A DNA stretch of 64,000 nucleotides from Escherichia coli (GTDB lineage: Bacteria; Pseudomonadota; Gammaproteobacteria; Enterobacterales; Enterobacteriaceae). The notes under the pieces were generated by a model. That model was not told the origin of the DNA. It saw only the letters and a program-made list of their open reading frames with translations, and made no database searches. A program made the position numbers and the translations under genes. Positions 14,465 through 31,100 of this stretch are shown one piece after another (the first letter of the stretch is position 1; each line of letters starts with the position of its first letter). The stretch is taken from the NCBI RefSeq assembly GCF_016026235.1, contig NZ_CP065613.1. One strand, given 5' to 3'.

Positions 14465-15847
14465 ATGGAAAAGAAACTGGGACTGAGCGCACTCACCGCG
14501 CTGGTATTAAGCTCAATGCTGGGCGCGGGTGTTTTCAGTCTGCCGCAAAATATGGCGGCAGTTGCCAGCCCGGCAGCACTGCTCATCGGCTGGGGTATTA
14601 CTGGCGCTGGCATTTTATTGCTGGCCTTTGCCATGCTGATCCTCACGCGCATTCGTCCCGAACTTGACGGCGGTATCTTTACCTATGCCCGCGAAGGGTT
14701 TGGCGAGCTAATCGGCTTTTGTTCCGCATGGGGATACTGGCTGTGCGCAGTCATCGCCAACGTCTCCTATCTGGTGATCGTTTTTTCCGCGTTAAGCTTT
14801 TTTACGGACACGCCGGAATTGCGCCTGTTCGGCGATGGTAATACCTGGCAATCGATAGTCGGTGCATCGGCTTTATTGTGGATTGTTCACTTTTTGATCC
14901 TGCGCGGGGTGCAAACCGCTGCCAGCATTAACCTGGTGGCGACACTGGCAAAATTGTTGCCGCTGGGTCTGTTTGTTGTGCTGGCGATGATGATGTTCAA
15001 ACTGGATACCTTCAAGCTCGACTTCACCGGACTTGCACTTGGCGTACCCGTTTGGGAACAGGTGAAAAACACCATGCTGATCACCCTGTGGGTTTTCATT
15101 GGTGTGGAAGGTGCCGTGGTTGTTTCTGCGCGTGCGCGTAATAAACGTGATGTTGGCAAAGCGACACTGCTGGCGGTTCTCTCCGCTCTGGGCGTTTACT
15201 TGCTGGTAACGCTGCTTTCGCTGGGTGTGGTGGCACGTCCTGAACTGGCTGAAATTCGTAACCCGTCAATGGCCGGTCTGATGGTGGAAATGATGGGACC
15301 ATGGGGCGAAATCATCATCGCTGCCGGTTTGATCGTTTCCGTTTGCGGCGCGTACTTAAGCTGGACCATCATGGCGGCAGAAGTTCCGTTCCTGGCTGCC
15401 ACTCATAAAGCATTCCCACGCATTTTTGCGCGCCAGAACGCACAAGCTGCGCCATCCGCCTCACTGTGGTTGACCAACATCTGCGTGCAAATTTGTCTGG
15501 TACTCATCTGGCTGACCGGTTCCGATTACAACACGTTGCTGACCATCGCCTCAGAAATGATTCTGGTGCCCTATTTCCTGGTCGGCGCGTTCTTGCTGAA
15601 AATCGCAACCCGTCCACTGCATAAAGCGGTAGGTGTCGGTGCCTGCATTTATGGCTTATGGTTATTGTACGCCTCTGGTCCAATGCACTTGCTGTTATCC
15701 GTTGTTCTGTATGCACCGGGGCTGCTGGTTTTCCTGTATGCGCGCAAAACGCATACACATGATAATGTACTGAACCGTCAGGAAATGGTGCTGATTGGCA
15801 TGCTGTTAATTGCCTCAGTTCCGGCGACCTGGATGCTGGTGGGATAA
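14465..15847 (+). CDS. ydgI: APC-family amino acid antiporter (arginine:ornithine antiporter-like)
   Basis: 460-aa, 12-13 TM amino-acid/polyamine/organocation family protein. Confidence 0.85.
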   Translation: MEKKLGLSALTALVLSSMLGAGVFSLPQNMAAVASPAALLIGWGITGAGILLLAFAMLILTRIRPELDGGIFTYAREGFGELIGFCSAWGYWLCAVIANVSYLVIVFSALSFFTDTPELRLFGDGNTWQSIVGASALLWIVHFLILRGVQTAASINLVATLAKLLPLGLFVVLAMMMFKLDTFKLDFTGLALGVPVWEQVKNTMLITLWVFIGVEGAVVVSARARNKRDVGKATLLAVLSALGVYLLVTLLSLGVVARPELAEIRNPSMAGLMVEMMGPWGEIIIAAGLIVSVCGAYLSWTIMAAEVPFLAATHKAFPRIFARQNAQAAPSASLWLTNICVQICLVLIWLTGSDYNTLLTIASEMILVPYFLVGAFLLKIATRPLHKAVGVGACIYGLWLLYASGPMHLLLSVVLYAPGLLVFLYARKTHTHDNVLNRQEMVLIGMLLIASVPATWMLVG

Positions 15848-15883
15848 CGTTCATCCCATCGTTGGATAGCAAAGGAGATAACG

Positions 15884-16606
15884 ATGGGTAAAACCCAGCC
15901 CTTGCCAATATTAATTACTGGCGGAGGTCGTCGCATCGGCCTCGCCCTCGCATGGCATTTCATTAATCAAAAGCAACCGGTGATTGTCAGCTATCGGACA
16001 CACTATCCAGCCATTGATGGACTGATTAATGCAGGTGCGCAGTGTATTCAGGCTGATTTTTCGACCAACGACGGTGTGATGGCGTTTGCCGATGAAGTAC
16101 TAAAAAGCACCCATGGTCTGCGTGCTATTTTGCATAACGCCAGTGCGTGGATGGCGGAAAAACCGGGTGCGCCACTGGTCGACGTACTGGCTTGCATGAT
16201 GCAGATCCACGTTAATACCCCATACCTGCTCAACCATGCGCTGGAAAGATTACTGCGTGGGCACGGACACGCCGCCAGCGATATCATTCACTTTACCGAT
16301 TATGTGGTGGAGCGCGGTAGCGACAAACATATTGCGTATGCTGCAAGCAAAGCGGCACTGGATAATATGACCCGCTCGTTTGCCCGCAAGCTGGCACCGG
16401 AAGTGAAAGTGAATTCTATTGCGCCATCGCTGATCCTGTTTAATGAACATGATGATGCCGAATATCGACAACAGGCGCTGAATAAATCACTGATGAAAAC
16501 CGCGCCTGGCGAGAAAGAAGTGATCGACCTGGTCGATTACTTACTTACCAGTTGCTTTGTCACCGGACGCAGTTTCCCACTTGATGGCGGTCGTCATCTG
16601 CGTTAA
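15884..16606 (+). CDS. folM: dihydromonapterin/dihydrofolate reductase (SDR family)
   Basis: 240-aa short-chain dehydrogenase fold; Gly-rich NADP motif (ITGGGRRIG) at N-terminus. Confidence 0.88.
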   Translation: MGKTQPLPILITGGGRRIGLALAWHFINQKQPVIVSYRTHYPAIDGLINAGAQCIQADFSTNDGVMAFADEVLKSTHGLRAILHNASAWMAEKPGAPLVDVLACMMQIHVNTPYLLNHALERLLRGHGHAASDIIHFTDYVVERGSDKHIAYAASKAALDNMTRSFARKLAPEVKVNSIAPSLILFNEHDDAEYRQQALNKSLMKTAPGEKEVIDLVDYLLTSCFVTGRSFPLDGGRHLR

Positions 16607-16938
16607 TGCAGCTTTATCCAGCATATAATCAACACCCATGCGCTTATCCCCCAACACGCAACAGAACCAACAAAAGCGGCGGGCAAGCGCATCATTCCGG
16701 TGAAATACCACAGCGACACCAGGTAAACAAAATAGGGAATAATCGACCACATACTAAAAATGATGGTTGCGCGTAAGGCTTCAATGCCGCGTTCGCTGGC
16801 AACAATATAATGCGCGATAAGCGCAAAGGTCGGGAAAAGTGGAATCAGCCCGGCGATATAATAATTTTTCGTTTTTGCTAAAACACCAATCAACAGCACT
16901 ACCAGCGCACCGAGCGCGGCTTTGATTACCAGCCCCAT
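16603..16938 (-). CDS. ydgC: GlpM-family inner membrane protein
   Basis: 111-aa hydrophobic ORF convergent with and overlapping the folM stop by 4 bp. Confidence 0.8.
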   Translation of the reverse strand: MGLVIKAALGALVVLLIGVLAKTKNYYIAGLIPLFPTFALIAHYIVASERGIEALRATIIFSMWSIIPYFVYLVSLWYFTGMMRLPAAFVGSVACWGISAWVLIICWIKLH

Positions 16939-17066
16939 CTTTTTACCTTAACACTTCCATAACAAGTCATCAGTAGAATACCTGATGAAAACTTGTTTAG
17001 AAACGATTGATAGTAAGTAAAAACAGCGCGGTGTATTGTGACGTTTTTATATCTACCGTGAATGTT

Positions 17067-17786
17067 ATGAACACTATCGTATTTGTGGAAGATGATGCGG
17101 AAGTCGGTTCACTGATTGCCGCGTACCTGGCAAAACATGATATGCAGGTTACCGTAGAGCCGCGCGGCGACCAGGCCGAAAAAACCATTTTGCGAGAAAA
17201 TCCGGATTTGGTGTTACTCGACATCATGCTACCAGGCAAGGACGGCATGACCATTTGTCGTGATTTACGCGCAAATTGGTCCGGACCGATTGTTCTTCTA
17301 ACCTCTCTCGATAGCGATATGAACCACATCCTGGCACTGGAAATGGGTGCCTGCGACTATATTCTCAAAACGACGCCCCCTGCTGTTTTGTTAGCGCGTT
17401 TACGTTTGCATTTGCGTCAGAATGAGCAAGCCACGCTTACCAAAGGTCTTCAGGAAACGTCACTGACTCCCTACAAAGCCCTGCATTTCGGCACGTTGAC
17501 CATCGATCCTATCAACCGCGTAGTCACCCTGGCTAACACTGAAATCTCGCTCTCGACAGCTGATTTCGAATTATTGTGGGAATTAGCAACCCATGCCGGG
17601 CAAATCATGGACCGCGATGCATTGCTGAAAAATTTACGCGGCGTCAGTTATGACGGACTGGATCGTAGCGTGGACGTGGCTATTTCGCGGTTAAGAAAAA
17701 AACTGCTCGATAACGCCGCAGAACCTTATCGCATTAAAACTGTGCGTAACAAAGGCTATCTTTTTGCGCCTCATGCATGGGAATAA
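17067..17786 (+). CDS. rstA: OmpR-family response regulator RstA
   Basis: ORF 17007..17786; start set at MNTIVFVEDD (239 aa); receiver domain plus winged-helix domain; followed by sensor kinase rstB. Confidence 0.9.
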   Translation: MNTIVFVEDDAEVGSLIAAYLAKHDMQVTVEPRGDQAEKTILRENPDLVLLDIMLPGKDGMTICRDLRANWSGPIVLLTSLDSDMNHILALEMGACDYILKTTPPAVLLARLRLHLRQNEQATLTKGLQETSLTPYKALHFGTLTIDPINRVVTLANTEISLSTADFELLWELATHAGQIMDRDALLKNLRGVSYDGLDRSVDVAISRLRKKLLDNAAEPYRIKTVRNKGYLFAPHAWE

Positions 17787-17789
17787 GCG

Positions 17790-19091
17790 ATGAAAAAACT
17801 GTTTATCCAGTTTTACCTGTTATTGTTTGTCTGCTTCCTTGTGATGTCTCTGCTGGTTGGGCTGGTGTACAAATTTACCGCCGAACGCGCGGGCAAACAG
17901 TCGCTGGATGATTTGATGAACAGTTCGCTGTATCTGATGCGCAGCGAATTGCGTGAGATCCCCCCACACGACTGGGGTAAGACGCTGAAAGAGATGGATT
18001 TAAATCTCTCTTTCGATCTGCGAGTCGAGCCACTGAGTAAATACCATCTTGATGATATTTCCATGCACCGACTGCGTGGCGGCGAAATTGTCGCCCTGGA
18101 CGATCAGTACACGTTTTTGCAGCGTATCCCGCGCAGCCACTACGTGCTGGCAGTTGGTCCTGTTCCTTATCTTTATTATCTCCATCAGATGCGATTGCTG
18201 GATATCGCCCTGATCGCTTTTATTGCTATTTCCCTCGCCTTTCCGGTGTTTATCTGGATGCGTCCGCACTGGCAGGATATGTTAAAACTGGAAGCAGCGG
18301 CGCAACGATTTGGCGATGGGCATCTCAATGAACGTATCCACTTTGATGAGGGTTCGAGCTTTGAACGACTTGGTATCGCATTTAACCAGATGGCGGACAA
18401 TATCAACGCCTTGATTGCCAGCAAAAAACAGCTTATTGACGGTATCGCTCACGAACTGCGAACACCGTTAGTGCGCCTGCGTTATCGACTGGAGATGAGC
18501 GATAACCTGAGCGCCGCCGAATCCCAGGCGTTGAATCGTGATATCAGTCAACTTGAAGCTTTAATTGAAGAGCTGCTGACTTATGCCCGACTCGATCACC
18601 CACAAAACGAGCTTCATCTTAGCGAACCAGACCTGCCGTTGTGGCTGTCAACGCATCTGGCAGATATTCAGGCAGTAACGCCCGATAAAACGGTACGGAT
18701 AAAAACGCTCATGCAAGGCCATTATGCGGCGTTGGATATGCGCTTAATGGAGCGCGTGCTGGATAATTTGCTCAATAATGCCCTGCGCTACTGCCATTCA
18801 ACGGTTGAAACCAGCCTGCTACTGTCGGGGAATAGAGCGACATTAATTGTTGAGGATGATGGCCCAGGGATTGCCCCAGAAAACCGCGAACATATCTTTG
18901 AACCTTTTGTTCGCCTCGATCCCAGCCGGGATCGCTCAACCGGCGGCTGCGGGCTGGGGCTGGCAATTGTCCACTCTATAGCACTGGCAATGGGCGGTAC
19001 GGTTAATTGTGACACCAGCGAACTGGGTGGTGCCCGCTTCTCGTTTAGCTGGCCGTTGTGGCATAACATCCCGCAATTTACCTCTGCTTGA
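17790..19091 (+). CDS. rstB: sensor histidine kinase RstB
   Basis: 433-aa ORF; two TM segments, HAMP, H-box (GIAHELRTPL) and ATPase G-box motifs. Confidence 0.9.
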   Translation: MKKLFIQFYLLLFVCFLVMSLLVGLVYKFTAERAGKQSLDDLMNSSLYLMRSELREIPPHDWGKTLKEMDLNLSFDLRVEPLSKYHLDDISMHRLRGGEIVALDDQYTFLQRIPRSHYVLAVGPVPYLYYLHQMRLLDIALIAFIAISLAFPVFIWMRPHWQDMLKLEAAAQRFGDGHLNERIHFDEGSSFERLGIAFNQMADNINALIASKKQLIDGIAHELRTPLVRLRYRLEMSDNLSAAESQALNRDISQLEALIEELLTYARLDHPQNELHLSEPDLPLWLSTHLADIQAVTPDKTVRIKTLMQGHYAALDMRLMERVLDNLLNNALRYCHSTVETSLLLSGNRATLIVEDDGPGIAPENREHIFEPFVRLDPSRDRSTGGCGLGLAIVHSIALAMGGTVNCDTSELGGARFSFSWPLWHNIPQFTSA

Positions 19092-19133
19092 CACTACGCG
19101 CACGGTGGTCAAGTCACCACCACTGTGCTATAA

Positions 19134-21496
<2,363 letters not shown>

Positions 21497-21609
21497 GGCC
21501 AGCTCCTCACCTGATTAATTTTTTCTTTCTGTTTTGCTTTCGTTAAGCAACTTTTAGCTCACTCATTATTTACCATTTGATAACAAATGTTTGGTCTTTC
21601 GTGCCATGT

Positions 21610-21632
21610 AAAAAAACCGCCCCGAAGGGCGG
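21610..21632 (-). terminator. Rho-independent terminator of fumA
   Basis: Perfect GC hairpin CCGCCC-CGAA-GGGCGG flanked by an A7 run on the plus strand (a T7 run on the minus strand), placed directly after the fumA stop. Confidence 0.7.
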
Positions 21633-21638
21633 CTCTGT

Positions 21639-23285
21639 TTATTTCACACAGCGGGTGCATTGTGTGAGTTGTATCTGCTGAAAGAAGTCATTTCCTTTAT
21701 CATCCACAAGAATAAACGCCGGGAAATCTTCCACTTCAATTTTCCAGATGGCTTCCATTCCCAGTTCCGGATATTCAACACATTCCAGGCTCTTAATACT
21801 TCCCTGCGCCAATACAGCGGCCGGACCACCGATACTGCCAAGGTAGAAGCCGCCGTGTTTTTTACAGGCATCCGTCACCTGCTGGCTGCGGTTGCCTTTC
21901 GCCAGCATGATCATACTTCCGCCCTGCGCTTGCAGTTGATCGACATAAGAATCCATCCGTCCGGCGGTCGTTGGGCCAAGAGAACCGGAGGCATAACCTT
22001 CCGGCGTTTTGGCCGGACCCGCGTAGTAAATCGGATGATCTTTAATGTATTGCGGCAGCCCTTCACCGTTATCCATCCGCTCTTTCAGTTTGGCGTGAGC
22101 AATATCACGACCAACGATAATCGTGCCGTTAAGCGATAAGCGTGTAGAAACGGGATACTGCGACAACTGTGCGAGGATCTCTTTCATCGGACGGTTAAGG
22201 TCAACGCGCACCGCTTCGCCTTCTCCCGCTTTGCGCAGCTCTTCCGGGATATATTTGCCTGGATTATGTTCCAGTTTTTCGATCCAGATCCCCTGACGGT
22301 TGATCTTCGCTTTGATATTACGGTCAGCAGAACAGGAGACGCCCATACCGACCGGGCAGGATGCGCCGTGACGTGGCAGGCGAATCACGCGGATGTCGTG
22401 AGCGAAGTATTTACCACCAAACTGCGCACCCAGACCAAGATTTTGCGCTTCGATCAGCAATTCTTTTTCCAGTTCCACATCGCGGAACGCCTGACCGTGC
22501 TCATTCCCTTCCGTTGGCAGTTCATCATAGTATTTAGCGGAAGCCAGTTTCACCGTTTTAAGGTTCGTTTCTGCAGAAGTTCCACCAATAACGAACGCAA
22601 TATGATACGGAGGACAGGCCGCCGTACCCAGCGTGCGCATCTTCTCAACCAGGTAATTTTTCAGTTTCCCCGGCGTCAGTAACGCTTTGGTTTCCTGATA
22701 GAGATACGTCTTGTTTGCCGAACCACCACCTTTGGCGATACAGAGGAATTTGTATTCGTCGCCATCAACGGCATAAAGATCGATCTGCGCTGGCAGATTG
22801 GTGCCGGTATTCACTTCTTTATACATATCCAGCGGCGCGTTTTGCGAGTAGCGCAGATTATCTTCGATATAAGTGTTATAGACACCGCGCGCCAGCGCCG
22901 CTTCATCACCACCACCGGTCCATACACGCTGCCCTTTTTTACCAACAATAATCGCGGTGCCGGTATCCTGACAGGTTGGCAGAACGCCTTTCGCCGCGAT
23001 GTCGGAGTTACGCAGGAATTGCAGCGCCACATATTTATCATTTTCGCTGGCCTCCGGGTCACGCAGAATGTCGGCCACCTGTTGTTGGTGCGCCGGACGC
23101 AGCATAAACGACGCATCATGAAACGCCTGACGCGCCAACAGAGTTAACGCTTCGGGTGCGACTTTCAAAATCTCCTGCCCTTCAAATTCAGATACGCTAA
23201 CGTGTTCGCTGGTTAGCAGGTAATACTCAGTATCATCTTTTTTGAGTGGAAAAGGAGCCTGATAATGAAAGGGTTTGTTTGACAT
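21639..23285 (-). CDS. fumA: class I (Fe-S) fumarate hydratase
   Basis: 548-aa ORF; K-12 order tus-fumC-fumA-manA. Confidence 0.92.
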   Translation of the reverse strand: MSNKPFHYQAPFPLKKDDTEYYLLTSEHVSVSEFEGQEILKVAPEALTLLARQAFHDASFMLRPAHQQQVADILRDPEASENDKYVALQFLRNSDIAAKGVLPTCQDTGTAIIVGKKGQRVWTGGGDEAALARGVYNTYIEDNLRYSQNAPLDMYKEVNTGTNLPAQIDLYAVDGDEYKFLCIAKGGGSANKTYLYQETKALLTPGKLKNYLVEKMRTLGTAACPPYHIAFVIGGTSAETNLKTVKLASAKYYDELPTEGNEHGQAFRDVELEKELLIEAQNLGLGAQFGGKYFAHDIRVIRLPRHGASCPVGMGVSCSADRNIKAKINRQGIWIEKLEHNPGKYIPEELRKAGEGEAVRVDLNRPMKEILAQLSQYPVSTRLSLNGTIIVGRDIAHAKLKERMDNGEGLPQYIKDHPIYYAGPAKTPEGYASGSLGPTTAGRMDSYVDQLQAQGGSMIMLAKGNRSQQVTDACKKHGGFYLGSIGGPAAVLAQGSIKSLECVEYPELGMEAIWKIEVEDFPAFILVDDKGNDFFQQIQLTQCTRCVK

Positions 23286-23483
23286 TGTTCTCTCACTTAC
23301 TGCCTGGTTTGGTTATGCTCTGGGCGGGTGTTCCGTTGCCCTGTTAAAAGCGAGTAACAATATCCTACACACTTTTTTAACAAAAACTGAGACTAGTACG
23401 ACTTTTTGCGGCTCCAGGTTACTTCCCGTAGGATTCTTGCTTTAATAGCGGGATTAATTTCCACATTAAAACAGGGATTGATC

Positions 23484-24659
23484 ATGCAAAAACTCATTAA
23501 CTCAGTGCAAAACTATGCCTGGGGCAGCAAAACGGCGTTGACTGAACTTTATGGTATGGAAAATCCGTCCAGCCAGCCGATGGCCGAGCTGTGGATGGGC
23601 GCACATCCGAAAAGCAGTTCACGAGTGCAGAATGCCGCCGGAGATATCGTTTCACTGCGTGATGTGATTGAGAGTGATAAATCGACTCTGCTCGGAGAGG
23701 CCGTTGCCAAACGCTTTGGCGAACTGCCTTTCCTGTTCAAAGTATTATGCGCAGCACAGCCACTCTCCATTCAGGTTCATCCAAACAAACACAATTCTGA
23801 AATCGGTTTTGCCAAAGAAAATGCCGCAGGTATCCCGATGGATGCCGCCGAGCGCAACTATAAAGATCCTAACCACAAGCCGGAGCTGGTTTTTGCGCTG
23901 ACGCCTTTCCTTGCGATGAACGCGTTTCGTGAATTTTCCGAGATTGTCTCCCTACTCCAGCCAGTCGCAGGTGCACATCCGGCGATTGCTCACTTTTTAC
24001 AACAGCCTGATGCCGAACGTTTAAGCGAACTGTTCGCCAGCCTGTTGAATATGCAGGGTGAAGAAAAATCCCGCGCGCTGGCGATTTTAAAATCGGCGCT
24101 CGACAGTCAGCAGGGTGAACCGTGGCAAACGATTCGTTTAATTTCTGAATTTTACCCGGATGACAGCGGCCTGTTCTCTCCGCTGTTGCTGAATGTGGTG
24201 AAATTGAATCCTGGCGAAGCGATGTTCCTGTTCGCTGAAACACCGCACGCTTACCTGCAAGGCGTGGCGCTGGAAGTGATGGCAAACTCCGATAACGTGC
24301 TGCGTGCGGGTCTGACGCCTAAATACATTGATATTCCGGAACTGGTTGCCAATGTGAAGTTCGAAGCCAAACCGGCTAACCAGTTGTTGACCCAGCCGGT
24401 GAAACAAGGTGCAGAACTGGACTTCCCGATTCCTGTTGATGATTTTGCCTTCTCGCTGCATGACCTTAGTGATAAAGAAACCACCATTAGCCAGCAGAGT
24501 GCCGCCATTTTGTTCTGTGTCGAAGGCGATGCAACGCTGTGTAAAGGTTCTCAGCAGTTACAGCTTAAACCGGGTGAATCAGCGTTTATTGCCGCCAACG
24601 AATCACCGGTGACTGTTAAAGGCCACGGCCGTTTAGCGCGTGTTTACAACAAGCTGTAA
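23484..24659 (+). CDS. manA: mannose-6-phosphate isomerase
   Basis: ORF 23406..24659; start set at MQKLINSVQNYAWGSK (391 aa); type I PMI. Confidence 0.92.
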   Translation: MQKLINSVQNYAWGSKTALTELYGMENPSSQPMAELWMGAHPKSSSRVQNAAGDIVSLRDVIESDKSTLLGEAVAKRFGELPFLFKVLCAAQPLSIQVHPNKHNSEIGFAKENAAGIPMDAAERNYKDPNHKPELVFALTPFLAMNAFREFSEIVSLLQPVAGAHPAIAHFLQQPDAERLSELFASLLNMQGEEKSRALAILKSALDSQQGEPWQTIRLISEFYPDDSGLFSPLLLNVVKLNPGEAMFLFAETPHAYLQGVALEVMANSDNVLRAGLTPKYIDIPELVANVKFEAKPANQLLTQPVKQGAELDFPIPVDDFAFSLHDLSDKETTISQQSAAILFCVEGDATLCKGSQQLQLKPGESAFIAANESPVTVKGHGRLARVYNKL

Positions 24660-24759
24660 GAGCTTACTGAAAAAATTAACATCTCTTGCTAAGCTTATTA
24701 AAGGCTTATAACACCTTCAGGCGGCCAGTCCGCCTGATTTCATTTTATGGATAATCATT

Positions 24760-26268
24760 ATGAATAAATCGCTGGTAGCGGTAGGCGTCATTGTTGCGCT
24801 AGGCGTAGTCTGGACAGGCGGCGCATGGTATACAGGCAAGAAGATTGAAACCCATCTCGAAGAGATGGTCGCGCAGGCGAACGCGCAACTCAAACTGACC
24901 GCTCCTGAATCCAACCTGGAAGTGAGTTATCAAAACTATCATCGCGGCGTATTCAGCAGCCAGTTGCAACTGTTGGTGAAACCCATTGCCGGGAAAGAAA
25001 ATCCGTGGATTAAAAGCGGTCAGAGCGTCATCTTCAACGAATCGGTTGATCATGGTCCCTTCCCGCTTGCCCAGCTTAAAAAACTGAACCTGATCCCGTC
25101 GATGGCATCAATTCAAACCACGCTGGTTAATAACGAAGTAAGCAAACCACTGTTTGATATGGCAAAAGGTGAAACGCCTTTTGAGATTAACTCGCGCATT
25201 GGTTACAGCGGTGATTCCAGTTCCGATATTTCGCTCAAGCCACTGAATTACGAGCAAAAGGATGAAAAAGTCGCCTTTAGCGGCGGCGAGTTCCAGTTAA
25301 ATGCTGACAGAGACGGCAAAGCTATCTCCCTTTCCGGGGAGGCGCAAAGTGGTCGGATAGACGCAGTTAACGAATATAACCAGAAAGTGCAGTTGACCTT
25401 TAATAATCTGAAAACCGACGGTTCCAGCACGCTGGCAAGTTTTGGTGAGCGCGTAGGAAACCAAAAACTGTCACTGGAAAAAATGACCATTTCAGTGGAA
25501 GGCAAAGAACTGGCACTGCTGGAAGGCATGGAGATCAGCGGTAAATCGGATCTGGTCAATGATGGTAAAACGATCAATAGCCAACTGGATTACTCGCTAA
25601 ACAGCCTGAAGGTACAGAATCAGGATCTGGGCAGCGGCAAGCTGACTTTAAAAGTCGGCCAGATTGATGGTGAAGCCTGGCATCAGTTTAGCCAGCAATA
25701 TAACGCGCAAACTCAGGCGCTGCTGGCACAGCCAGAAATTGCCAACAATCCCGAACTTTATCAGGAGAAAGTGACGGAAGCCTTCTTTAGCACCCTGCCG
25801 CTGATGTTGAAAGGCGATCCGGTGATTACTATCGCGCCGCTAAGCTGGAAAAACAGTCAGGGTGAAAGTGCGCTGAATCTGTCGCTGTTCCTGAAAGATC
25901 CGGCAACGACTAAAGAAGCGCCGCAAACGCTGGCGCAGGAAGTAGATCGTTCGGTTAAATCTCTGGATGCGAAACTGACCATTCCGGTGGGTATGGCAAC
26001 TGAGTTGATGACTCAGGTAGCGAAGCTGGAAGGTTATCAGGAAGATCAAGCGAAAAAACTGGCGAAACAGCAAGTTGAAGGTGCATCAGCAATGGGGCAG
26101 ATGTTCCGTCTGACCACCTTGCAGGACAATACCATCACCACCAGCCTGCAATATGCTAACGGTCAGATAACGTTAAATGGGCAGAAAATGCCACTGGAAG
26201 ATTTCGTTGGTATGTTTGCAATGCCGGCATTAAACGTTCCGGTCGTACCCGCTATTCCGCAGCAGTAA
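24760..26268 (+). CDS. ydgA: DUF945-family periplasmic/inner membrane-anchored protein
   Basis: 502-aa ORF with N-terminal signal/anchor; K-12 synteny between manA and uidC. Confidence 0.8.
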   Translation: MNKSLVAVGVIVALGVVWTGGAWYTGKKIETHLEEMVAQANAQLKLTAPESNLEVSYQNYHRGVFSSQLQLLVKPIAGKENPWIKSGQSVIFNESVDHGPFPLAQLKKLNLIPSMASIQTTLVNNEVSKPLFDMAKGETPFEINSRIGYSGDSSSDISLKPLNYEQKDEKVAFSGGEFQLNADRDGKAISLSGEAQSGRIDAVNEYNQKVQLTFNNLKTDGSSTLASFGERVGNQKLSLEKMTISVEGKELALLEGMEISGKSDLVNDGKTINSQLDYSLNSLKVQNQDLGSGKLTLKVGQIDGEAWHQFSQQYNAQTQALLAQPEIANNPELYQEKVTEAFFSTLPLMLKGDPVITIAPLSWKNSQGESALNLSLFLKDPATTKEAPQTLAQEVDRSVKSLDAKLTIPVGMATELMTQVAKLEGYQEDQAKKLAKQQVEGASAMGQMFRLTTLQDNTITTSLQYANGQITLNGQKMPLEDFVGMFAMPALNVPVVPAIPQQ

Positions 26269-26281
26269 TTCACAGCCAAAA

Positions 26282-26312
26282 CGCCGGAGGTTTTTCTCTC
26301 CGGCGTTATTTC
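26282..26312. terminator. bidirectional terminator between convergent ydgA and uidC
   Basis: Hairpin cgccggag-gtttttct-ctccggcg followed by ttatttctt; lies between two convergent stop codons. Confidence 0.65.
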
Positions 26313-27578
26313 TTACTTCAGCATAAAGTCATACTGAATACTCATTTTCACATCCCAGTAATTCAGGCGATCGCCCAGCGTACTGCCATCGCGCTTTTCC
26401 CGCCCTTTATCGGCAGCAAGAAAGAAATTCATCCCTTGTAACGGCCCTTCGCTGACCCGATAGTTCATACCACCTAAGATACCCGCGCCTTCAATCCGCA
26501 CATCTCGTTTACTGGATTCATAGCCGCGAGTCACAATCGGTGCAAATGTCAGCGTAAATTGCGGGGTTAAACGATAGTTGACACCCAATTGCCAGGACTG
26601 CATTCCTTCACGGTTACGATCTAGACTTAATGAAAAGGGATAGCCAATGTCGGTATCCACCACGGCACCCTTAATTGCATGGCGCAAATAACCACCACTG
26701 CCAAATACGCTTCCCCACGGCGCATTCCAGGTTAATTGTCCACTAACCAACGCCGTTTCATTGGGCTGGCTGGTATTACGACTTAAACCTTCGATTTGCG
26801 CGTAAAAGCCGAGCAACTCCCCTTTCAACGTATAATTCGGGTCGAGCGGTATACTTTTCTCGAGAATACTTTGTATCTGATTGGAAACATCTTTCTGTAC
26901 CGATGCCCCCAGAGAATAGCGACTGGTATCATCATGCCAACTGGCGGCTAAAAAAGAACGTGCGCGATGTTTATCGTATTTTCCCGTCTGGCTGTTATAC
27001 ACCCCTTCATCACGAATACCGGTTGTTGAATCAGTCCATAAAAATACTCGTGAACGCCACATTCCCCACAGATCAATATTTGGCGTTAAAGCCCAATAAC
27101 CTAATGCTCCTTCAGAAACTGTCGGTAATGTACGTTGCGAACTGCCAGCCATTAACGGAATACGATAAGGTAAGCTACCATAACTATAATCCGTCCCGAA
27201 GCGACCTAATTTAAGCAGGCTATTTTCACTGGGTTTTATTTTTACTGCCCCGAGGGCAAAGCCAAAACTTTTATCACCATCAAGATACCACCGGGTACTC
27301 ATATCAGCACGAGCACCTAATTTATAAACATAATACGCTCCGCCTTCAACGCCAATAATATTGGAATAATAACCACTATTGAAATCGAGCAATCCTCCCT
27401 GTACCCATGCGTAAATATCTCTTCCCGCGCCAGCACTGGGCTTATCCGCCCTGCGCAATTCGTTTTTCAGTCTGATGCGTAGTCCCGCTTCATCGTCAGC
27501 CAGTTGCGCCGCGTAAGCAGAGGTAAGGCCAGAGGCAGCCGTCAGGCAAATAACGGCCATGGCCACTATTTTTCTCAT
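26313..27578 (-). CDS. uidC: outer membrane porin-like protein of the glucuronide operon
   Basis: 421-aa ORF with signal peptide and beta-barrel-like C-terminus (terminal aromatic residue region); downstream of uidB. Confidence 0.85.
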   Translation of the reverse strand: MRKIVAMAVICLTAASGLTSAYAAQLADDEAGLRIRLKNELRRADKPSAGAGRDIYAWVQGGLLDFNSGYYSNIIGVEGGAYYVYKLGARADMSTRWYLDGDKSFGFALGAVKIKPSENSLLKLGRFGTDYSYGSLPYRIPLMAGSSQRTLPTVSEGALGYWALTPNIDLWGMWRSRVFLWTDSTTGIRDEGVYNSQTGKYDKHRARSFLAASWHDDTSRYSLGASVQKDVSNQIQSILEKSIPLDPNYTLKGELLGFYAQIEGLSRNTSQPNETALVSGQLTWNAPWGSVFGSGGYLRHAIKGAVVDTDIGYPFSLSLDRNREGMQSWQLGVNYRLTPQFTLTFAPIVTRGYESSKRDVRIEGAGILGGMNYRVSEGPLQGMNFFLAADKGREKRDGSTLGDRLNYWDVKMSIQYDFMLK

Positions 27579-27616
27579 AGTTGCACCTTTGATGTTCTGA
27601 TTATTTTTATTGAATA

Positions 27617-30849
<3,233 letters not shown>

Positions 30850-31100
30850 TTAACCAATTCTGTGTTGCACACAGTTATCTGTGAGAAACCCATGGAAGAG
30901 AAATGGAAATAAAAAGAACTGACACCGCGATCAAAAAACCAAAAACTGCAATACCCACAGCGTGATATTGATCGCATTAATCTTTAAAACGGCGTTGACA
31001 GAAGCCATAAAATAAGCAACCGAACGTTCGTTCGAGCATATTGGGAACGATAAACTCTCATGACATATGGCTACGGTGAATATTTTTGGGGGGAATTCTC